Assembly (NCBI GenBank): GCA_964650035.1
Contig: CAZYSH010000021.1
Location: 1 to 11,812 of the forward strand
Reading direction: 5' to 3'
Length of the DNA: 11,812 nt
From: an uncultured Candidatus Saccharibacteria bacterium
Lineage (GTDB): Bacteria; Patescibacteriota; Minisyncoccia; Portnoybacterales; UBA2143
Shown here: piece by piece, positions 7,490 through 11,812 of the stretch
How the letters are laid out: every line of letters starts with the position of its first letter
Numbering within the stretch: the first letter of the stretch is position 1
Program-made: the position numbers and the translations under genes
The notes under the pieces: generated by a model
What the model was told of the DNA's origin: nothing
The model's database searches: none
Seen by the model: the letters and a program-made list of their open reading frames with translations, nothing else

Positions 7490-7519
7490 TTGACGAGAGC
7501 GTAGAAAAAGGGATAGAAT
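7490..7519 (+). promoter_or_regulatory. Putative promoter for tRNA-Leu (TTGACG-18nt-TAGAAT), back-to-back with the SPFH promoter
   Basis: TTGACG at 7490-7495 and TAGAAT at 7514-7519. The mature tRNA 5' end is at 7530, 10 nt downstream. Confidence 0.45.
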
Positions 7520-7529
7520 AAAAGTAAAT

Positions 7530-7613
7530 GCGGACGTGGCGGAACTGGAATACGCGCTGGGTTTAGGACCCAGTGGGATTTATCCCTTGTGGGTTCAACT
7601 CCCACCGTCCGCA
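7530..7613 (+). tRNA. tRNA-Leu (anticodon UAG), type II with a long variable arm. The 3' CCA is not encoded
   Basis: 7-bp acceptor stem GCGGACG/CGTCCGC; U8; 3-bp D-stem GCG/CGC with a long D-loop; anticodon stem CUGGG/CCCAG; 7-nt loop UUUAGGA with UAG at positions 34-36. Variable-arm hairpin GGGAU-uuu-AUCCC; T-arm GUGGG-UUCAACU-CCCAC; discriminator A. Confidence 0.9.
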
Positions 7614-7634
7614 CAATAGAATGTCCGGTAACTC

Positions 7635-7693
7635 GAGGTTGAACCTAAAAACTACGAACCTCGCAGAGGTTCGTAGTTTTTAGGTTCAACCTC
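7635..7693. repeat. Palindrome P2: perfect 28-bp inverted repeat with a 3-nt loop (gaggttgaacctaaaaactacgaacctc-gca-gaggttcgtagtttttaggttcaacctc), 22 nt downstream of tRNA-Leu. The core is a bidirectional terminator (AAAAA - 11-bp stem - TTTTT)
   Basis: The reverse complement of 7635-7662 equals 7666-7693 exactly. The outer segment (c)gaggttgaacct shares 12/13 nt with the gyrA-proximal hairpin ccgaggttcaacctcgg at 2066-2082. Confidence 0.85.
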
Positions 7694-7772
7694 TATGCAC
7701 TCAATTCTATTCTGTATCCTGTGGAAAAAGGTCTTGACAAGGTTTTCTTAATTGGTTAGGATTAACGCTAAT

Positions 7773-7880
7773 ATGGAATTTTTTCAAATCAAAACCTTAA
7801 ATAGCTTTTATGGTTTTTACTTTTTTAACTGGTTTGTTCAGATCGGTTTTGGTTTGGAGAAAATAAGGATTAGAGTATAA
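7773..7880 (+). CDS. Hypothetical 35-aa aromatic-rich micro-protein (MEFFQIKTLNSFYGFYFFNWFVQIGFGLEKIRIRV) sitting between a TTGACA-containing promoter region and an intrinsic terminator
   Basis: An ORF with no SD. TTGACA at 7734-7739 with TAGGAT 17 nt downstream; TAATAT abuts the ATG. A terminator follows at 7906-7934. This unit is not in the provided ORF track (below its length cutoff). Coding status is unproven. Confidence 0.25.
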   Translation: MEFFQIKTLNSFYGFYFFNWFVQIGFGLEKIRIRV

Positions 7881-7905
7881 ACATAAAGTATATTTTCAGC
7901 AAATT

Positions 7906-7934
7906 AAAACCGGCCTGAATAAGACCGGTTTTTT
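7906..7934 (+). terminator. Rho-independent terminator (aaaaccggcc-tgaataa-gaccggtttttt)
   Basis: GC-rich stem ACCGG/CCGGT extended to about 9 bp with one mismatch, followed by a 6-T run. It closes the short transcription unit that starts near 7734. Confidence 0.5.
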
Positions 7935-7987
7935 AGTTCAACAGTTCTTTATAAACCAAAAACTTCAAATTAAAGAAAGGGGGTATC

Positions 7988-8194
7988 ATGGATTTAGATG
8001 TCAATGTGCAAGAATTATTAAAGGTAAATACAGAGAAATGCGAATGCGGAGGGAGGATTGTTCCTGCCAAAACGTCTGAGGATAGGTTACTTGGCAAGAT
8101 GAAAGAGTGTGATACTTGCGGGAAATCTTCAATAAATGGGGAAGAGGTTGATCTTTTTTCGTCTAAAAGAATGTCAGGAGTTCTATTGTTTTAA
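7988..8194 (+). CDS. Small zinc-ribbon-like protein (68 aa; CxC...CxxC)
   Basis: Strong SD (aaagggggtatcATG). Cysteine pairs KCECGG ... ECDTCGK, a typical Zn-ribbon arrangement. No recognisable larger family. Confidence 0.6.
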   Translation: MDLDVNVQELLKVNTEKCECGGRIVPAKTSEDRLLGKMKECDTCGKSSINGEEVDLFSSKRMSGVLLF

Positions 8195-8222
8195 ATTTAA
8201 ATAAGCAAAAAGGAGAAAGATT

Positions 8223-8408
8223 ATGGGAATAGAAGCTTACAGCGATGAGCAATTAAAAGGAATGCTTGAATCGTGTATCAAGGGAAAGAATTCTACTATG
8301 GAAAAAGAGATCAGGGATATTCTAAATTCAAGGGGCGTTTCTTACGAAGAATTATTAAATAAACCTTTTCCACCCATGGTATTGGGCTGGTCGTCGCCTT
8401 CAGATTGA
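8223..8408 (+). CDS. Hypothetical small protein (61 aa), probably co-transcribed with the zinc-ribbon gene
   Basis: Strong SD (aaaggagaaagattATG). Begins 28 nt after the upstream stop. Predicted helical and acidic; no recognised motif. Confidence 0.55.
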   Translation: MGIEAYSDEQLKGMLESCIKGKNSTMEKEIRDILNSRGVSYEELLNKPFPPMVLGWSSPSD

Positions 8409-8420
8409 AGTTTAATCAAA

Positions 8421-8458
8421 AGGGCCGTATCTGGAATGATACGGCCCTATCTTTTCTT
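8421..8458. terminator. Bidirectional rho-independent terminator between the convergent small-ORF pair (+) and vanW (-)
   Basis: 10-11 bp stem agggccgtatc / gatacggccct with loop tggaat. A T-rich tract (atcttttctt) lies downstream on the + strand and ttttg downstream on the - strand. Confidence 0.65.
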
Positions 8459-10154
8459 ATTCCTCTTTTTCAGTTTCGATTGGATACAAATCAGGGGATT
8501 TGTAGTTGGAATAAAAAGTTTGTTTTTCCAGCTCTTCGCCACTTAGTTTATAAACTTCCTGGGTTAAGACGGCTTTCATAGAGCCGTCTTCATTGCTTTC
8601 TAAAATATAAGGGCCTTTGATTTTTACTTGACGGTTGTCATCTGTGCCGTAGAAATTGACAATAACCTGGCTACCCTGGACAGAGGCCTGAATTAAAAGG
8701 TGATTGGGCGTATTATTAACAAAGCGCAGGTCGGGTTTAGGATCGTAAACTGTGGCGTCAAAGCCCTGGGGATTGTAATAAACAACCGGGAAGGCGTGAT
8801 GCTGACGTTCAGTAATTTTTAAACCGGTATTGATTGCTGCCCGGAAGAAAGTAGTTGAAACCTGACAAACGCCGCCGCCGTATTCCGGGGTGGTTTTATC
8901 TTTTTTAATGACTAATTCTGCTTTGTATCCTTGCTCCGGGCCGGTTTCGCCCAGGAAGGCGTTAAAAGAGAATTCTTCATTTGGGTTTAGGATGTAGCCG
9001 TTTAATTTATTAACCGTTGTTTTGATATTGTGTTTTCGGTTAGCTGGCGAACCGGCAAAGCTGGAAATCCCCTGCCCAATTAGTTTTTTAATGCCTAACT
9101 GGTTAGTTTCCCATAATTTAATTTTAGGCAGGGCTTTATCGGCAATAATGGCGGTGGTTTTAATCGGCGGGTCAGCTAAAATATTTTTTACTAAATTATC
9201 AAAAGTTTGTTCTTTTTTAACTTCAAAACCGGGCTGGTCGGGCGCAAAAATAATCGCTTTATTTCTTTCAGTTTTTAGTTGAGCATTAGTTACTGGCTGG
9301 TCAACTTTACTGGCTACTCTATCTAAATATTTTTTGACTTTTTCAATGTCTAAATTAAAACCTAAAATCAGATTATCATAATCTTCTTCTTTAATTGGCT
9401 CAAAAATTATCCAATCAATTAAAATTGTTTTGTCAATTTCATATTTTTCTCCCTCAAAGGTTAAATAATAGGGCTGATTGGCTAAAACTTTCTGCGCTTT
9501 TTGTTTAGCTGAATCAACTTCATTGTTTTCCACTTCTGGCCGGCCGAGAAATAACTCTAAATTGATTGGTTCTGAAGTAAAAGTATTAATCTGTTGCTTT
9601 AGATTATTTATTAATTGTTCTCGGTTAACAGCAACGCCTTGGGTTGAGTGTTGTAGCGAATAATCATTTATTTCTGAATTAAAAATTAAAGTAGCGTTTT
9701 GAGTCGGCCGTTCAATATTTTCAAAAAGTTGGCCGGTCTGCTCTTGGAATTTTTCTTGATTTATTTGGTAAGCAGCGCTAAAAGAGCGAAAGCCGAATAA
9801 AGCGATTAATTGTTCTTTAATGTTGACTAATGGATTTGAGTGATGGCCGATTTGCTCGGCCTGATTAATAGTTGTTTGGTAGTCAGGCTGGAAGCCGAGC
9901 TCGGTAATGTCAACTAACCAAATTTTATCTTGATAAACGAGCTTTACTTTTTGTTGAATAAATTGCTCCCATTTTTCAGCTAATAGTTTTTCCGCGGAAG
10001 AAATATTTTTTCCGCCCAAATGCAAATCATCTACTTTAACGCCCCAGGCAATTTTTTGGCTATTAACTATTTGCAGGGTTAGAATGAGATAAATTGAGCA
10101 GATAAAAATAATTAGAACGAAGATTTTTAGTTGTTTTTTAAGAAATTTTTTCAT
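8457..10154 (-). CDS. VanW-domain protein (vancomycin-resistance protein W family) with an N-terminal membrane anchor
   Basis: N-terminal TM (IFVLIIFICSIYLILTL). VanW signature region PEYGGGVCQVSTTFFRAAINTGLKITERQHHAFPVVYY (conserved GGGVCQVSTT motif). 565 aa. Confidence 0.88.
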   Translation of the reverse strand: MKKFLKKQLKIFVLIIFICSIYLILTLQIVNSQKIAWGVKVDDLHLGGKNISSAEKLLAEKWEQFIQQKVKLVYQDKIWLVDITELGFQPDYQTTINQAEQIGHHSNPLVNIKEQLIALFGFRSFSAAYQINQEKFQEQTGQLFENIERPTQNATLIFNSEINDYSLQHSTQGVAVNREQLINNLKQQINTFTSEPINLELFLGRPEVENNEVDSAKQKAQKVLANQPYYLTFEGEKYEIDKTILIDWIIFEPIKEEDYDNLILGFNLDIEKVKKYLDRVASKVDQPVTNAQLKTERNKAIIFAPDQPGFEVKKEQTFDNLVKNILADPPIKTTAIIADKALPKIKLWETNQLGIKKLIGQGISSFAGSPANRKHNIKTTVNKLNGYILNPNEEFSFNAFLGETGPEQGYKAELVIKKDKTTPEYGGGVCQVSTTFFRAAINTGLKITERQHHAFPVVYYNPQGFDATVYDPKPDLRFVNNTPNHLLIQASVQGSQVIVNFYGTDDNRQVKIKGPYILESNEDGSMKAVLTQEVYKLSGEELEKQTFYSNYKSPDLYPIETEKEE

Positions 10155-10203
10155 TAATTTAAGGAGAAAAACCTGAGATAGTTGGGGACAGAGTTAGAAG
10201 TTG

Positions 10204-10277
10204 GAGATTCAAGGTGTGGCCTCAAAATTACTACCCTTTGCAAAGGGTAGTAATTTTGAGGCCACACCTTGAATCTC
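10204..10277. repeat. Palindrome P3: 74-bp perfect palindrome (37-bp arms, no spacer) in the vanW upstream region, with a bidirectional-terminator-like core (AAAA - 13-bp stem ttactaccctttg/caaagggtagtaa - TTTT)
   Basis: The reverse complement of 10204-10240 (gagattcaaggtgtggcctcaaaattactaccctttg) equals 10241-10277 exactly. It is flanked by imperfectly complementary agttgg / ccaact-type short repeats, which could extend the pairing. Confidence 0.85.
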
Positions 10278-10329
10278 ACCCAACTCCCAACTCCAACTCC
10301 CTCCACTCCTATAATTATCATAACAAAAA

Positions 10330-10358
10330 ACAGGGGATGAGTGTATCCCCTGTTTTTT
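10330..10358 (-). terminator. Rho-independent terminator of the hsp20 gene, usable on both strands (aaaaaacaggggat-gagtgt-atcccctgtttttt)
   Basis: 9-bp stem acaggggat/atcccctgt with a 6-nt loop. An A6 tract lies upstream and a T6 tract downstream. It sits 15 nt beyond the hsp20 stop on the minus strand. Confidence 0.65.
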
Positions 10359-10372
10359 GTTCCTAGAAAATT

Positions 10373-10996
10373 CTATTCACTTTTAATCATTATCTTCTTA
10401 GTTTTGATTTTTTCCACTTTAGGTAATCTGATAGTTAGAATTCCATTTTTCATACCGGCATCGGCATTGTCAACTTCAACGTCAATAGGTAGAATTATCG
10501 ACCGCGAGAATGGCCCCCAGTAGCATTCTTGGTAATAATAATCTTCTTCTTTGACTTTCTCGTCTTTTTCTCTCGTTCCCTTAATGGTTATCATATCATT
10601 AGTCATACTAATATCAATATCTTCCGGTTTAACACCGGCAATAGTTGATTTAATAATAACTTCGTTGGGCGTCTGGTAGACGTCAATAGTTAGCTGGCCT
10701 TCTGATTCAGTTAGCCATTCCTCTGATTTTTTGTCTTCTATTACAGGTTCTTTTTTAGTTTTAGCGGTTTTTTTGGGCATAGTTATTTTTTTGGCTCTGT
10801 CAGACGGATGTTCTACTGAAATATCTTTTTCAATCACTTTGGATTTTACTTTCTTGGTATTTTTATTAGCGGTCTTCTTCTTTTTGGTTTCTTCTTCAGA
10901 CCAGCTGGCGCCGGTTAATTTTTCGAAGAATGATGAGGGCATAGATATGTTTTTGTCATTGTGAGCGAAGCGAAACAATCCCGTGCAATATCTCAA
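10373..10996 (-). CDS. Hsp20/alpha-crystallin family small heat-shock protein with a Lys-rich N-terminal extension
   Basis: Alpha-crystallin domain: TIDVYQTPNEVIIKSTIAGVKPEDIDISMTNDMITIKGTRE ... WGPFSRSIILPIDVEVDNADAGMKNGILTIRLPK (GxLTIxLPK C-terminal signature). The ORF track starts at a TTG (10996) that has an AAGGA SD 10 nt upstream. An in-frame ATG at 10942 with no SD (MPSSFFEK...) is an alternative start. Confidence 0.88.
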   Translation of the reverse strand: MRYCTGLFRFAHNDKNISMPSSFFEKLTGASWSEEETKKKKTANKNTKKVKSKVIEKDISVEHPSDRAKKITMPKKTAKTKKEPVIEDKKSEEWLTESEGQLTIDVYQTPNEVIIKSTIAGVKPEDIDISMTNDMITIKGTREKDEKVKEEDYYYQECYWGPFSRSIILPIDVEVDNADAGMKNGILTIRLPKVEKIKTKKIMIKSE

Positions 10997-11005
10997 TTCT
11001 GTGGG

Positions 11006-11059
11006 ATCCTTCGCCTGCTCGCCTCGCTGAAGCTTCGGCGAAGCGGGCAGGCTCAGGAT
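11006..11059 (-). promoter_or_regulatory. GC-rich imperfect hairpin in the prsW-hsp20 intergenic region. Its 5' AUCCU pairs with the hsp20 SD (AAGGAU). Candidate translational control element (RNA-thermometer-like)
   Basis: On the minus-strand RNA: AUCCUgaGCCUGCccgcuucgcc-gaagcuuc-agcgaggcgaGCAGGCgaAGGAU. The outer AUCCU/AGGAU and GCCUGC/GCAGGC pair perfectly, and the inner arms pair with 2 mismatches. The element is GC-rich in an AT-rich genome. The SD lies 10 nt upstream of the TTG start of hsp20. Confidence 0.4.
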
Positions 11060-11068
11060 GACAATAGT

Positions 11069-11812
11069 TTAAGTTTTACAAATAGATTGTTGGTTTTTTA
11101 ATTTTTTAAAATAATAGGAAACTACCAAACCAGTACTGATTAACAAGACGGCGATTACTGAAAGGAATAATAATTTAATATTGGAGTCGGTTTGGTTAAA
11201 GGTTGTAAGGATAAGGTAATTGTAGCAGCTGTGGAAAATAATGGCAATAGTTAAACCAACAAGAACGAATTTAGTTCTTTTTTTAAGTTCAATCAAACCT
11301 CGGGCCAGCCAATAACCAACTATTGCTGAAGCTAAAGCATGGACCAAGGTGGCTCCCAAAAAGCGAAAACTTATAGTGCTTAAGGCCTGTTCCAGCCCGG
11401 GGAAATCAATTTTAAAAAGAACCATTAGATTTTCCACTGCGGCAAAACCCAGACCTGCTATAATACAATATATCATAGCATCAGTTGGTTCGTCAAATAC
11501 TGATTTTTTAATAACTTTAAATCTAACTATTGCGTATTTAAGATATTCTTCAACTAAGGCCGGGACAAGAGTGGCTGCCAGGGCGACTTTGATAAATCTA
11601 GCTTGGGGCAGACGCGATAAGATTTCCAGGGGATTAACGCTTGGATTAAGCAGCCAAATCAGAGTCAGTTCAAAAACAATGGCCAGAGGAGCAATTAACA
11701 TGCCGTAGAAAAATATTTTCAAAACCATTGAATTCGGCTCCGGGTTTTTATCTTTTCTTAAATAAAAAGACAGCCAGATTAAGCTGGGCAGGAGACCAAG
11801 GAGAATGTAGAA
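11069..11812 (-). CDS. PrsW-family intramembrane metalloprotease (CPBP/Abi-like), 5'-truncated at the window end (frame open through nt 11812)
   Basis: Polytopic membrane protein with the PrsW motifs EExxK (PALVEEYLKY), FxxxEN (GLGFAAVENL) and HxxxN (FHSCYN). The reading frame continues upstream of the listed ATG (11728) to the window edge (..FYILLGLLPSLIWLSFYLRKDKNPEPNS-MVLK..), so the true N-terminus lies outside the window. Confidence 0.8.
   Translation of the reverse strand, partial: FYILLGLLPSLIWLSFYLRKDKNPEPNSMVLKIFFYGMLIAPLAIVFELTLIWLLNPSVNPLEILSRLPQARFIKVALAATLVPALVEEYLKYAIVRFKVIKKSVFDEPTDAMIYCIIAGLGFAAVENLMVLFKIDFPGLEQALSTISFRFLGATLVHALASAIVGYWLARGLIELKKRTKFVLVGLTIAIIFHSCYNYLILTTFNQTDSNIKLLFLSVIAVLLISTGLVVSYYFKKLKNQQSICKT

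Noticed and set aside
7700-7937. SRP RNA / 6S RNA / riboswitch in the tRNA-proximal intergenic region
   Set aside because: None of the following is recognisable: a GC-rich domain-IV-like helix with GGAA/GNRA tetraloop, a 6S-type central bubble, or riboswitch consensus elements. The region is AT-rich and is better explained as a promoter/micro-ORF/terminator unit.
7620-8460. Integrated mobile element at the tRNA-Leu 3' end
   Set aside because: No integrase, recombinase or transposase ORF is present. No direct repeat of the tRNA 3' end was found in the window. Only small ORFs are present, so a tRNA-targeted island cannot be supported from this window.
9022-9663. Plus-strand ORFs (9022..9282, 9478..9663) inside vanW
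   Set aside because: Antisense to a VanW-domain gene with its signature motif; no independent evidence.
10341-10964. Plus-strand ORFs (10341..10523, 10731..10964) overlapping hsp20
   Set aside because: Antisense to an Hsp20 gene with a clear alpha-crystallin domain. The first also spans the terminator.
10954-11065. Cloning-vector or assembly artefact, suggested by clustered BamHI (ggatcc), HindIII (aagctt) and nearby EcoRI sites in a GC-rich patch
   Set aside because: The sites fall inside a coherent imperfect hairpin whose pairing involves the hsp20 SD. The flanking sequence is contiguous with well-formed genes on both sides, and there is no polylinker-like arrangement. Chance occurrence within a palindromic GC-rich element is the simpler explanation.
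11349-11708. Plus-strand 119-aa ORF inside prsW
   Set aside because: Antisense to the PrsW-family protease gene with its conserved EExxK/FxxxEN/HxxxN motifs.
1-11812. CRISPR arrays, rRNA genes, transposases/IS elements
   Set aside because: No array of regularly spaced direct repeats, no rRNA-like conserved stretches, and no ORF with transposase or integrase character were seen on either strand.

Overview
This is an AT-rich, gene-dense bacterial window. Its gene content (tandem VirB2/TrbC-like 'pilin' paralogs, an orphan solute-binding protein, VanW, compact overlapping operons) suggests a small-genome Patescibacteria/CPR-like organism; that is inference, not a database result.

Gene order and evidence:
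- 1..2064 (+): 5'-truncated gyrA, identified by the GyrA-box QRRGGKG.
- 2101..2649 (+): class I SAM-dependent methyltransferase (motif I VADFGCGNG).
- 2735..4027 (+): orphan family-1 solute-binding protein.
- 4113..5300 (+): three tandem small secreted two-helix VirB2/TrbC-like pilin paralogs.
- 6333..7358 and 5384..6343 (-): a convergent operon of an SPFH/band-7 protein and a polytopic membrane protein, possibly NfeD-like. It is driven by a perfect-consensus sigma70 promoter set back-to-back with a tRNA-Leu(UAG) promoter.
- 7530..7613 (+): tRNA-Leu(UAG).
- 7700..8460 (+): a small-gene islet holding a promoter-35 aa peptide-terminator unit, a 68-aa zinc-ribbon protein and a 61-aa protein.
- 8457..10154 (-): a VanW-domain protein.
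- 10373..10996 (-): an Hsp20/alpha-crystallin small heat-shock protein.
- 11069..11812 (-): a 5'-truncated PrsW-family intramembrane protease.

The most striking unexplained signal is a set of three long perfect intergenic palindromes:
- P1 at 4042..4107 (66 bp).
- P2 at 7635..7693 (59 bp).
- P3 at 10204..10277 (74 bp).
- All three share one architecture: outer arm, A4-5, an 11-13 bp stem, T4-5, outer arm'. This is a canonical bidirectional intrinsic-terminator core embedded in perfectly complementary outer arms.
- All three also share a CCTnAAAAn(t)AC core.

A second notable signal is a GC-rich imperfect hairpin (11006..11059) between prsW and hsp20. Its 5' AUCCU pairs with the hsp20 Shine-Dalgarno AAGGAU, which is an RNA-thermometer-like arrangement.
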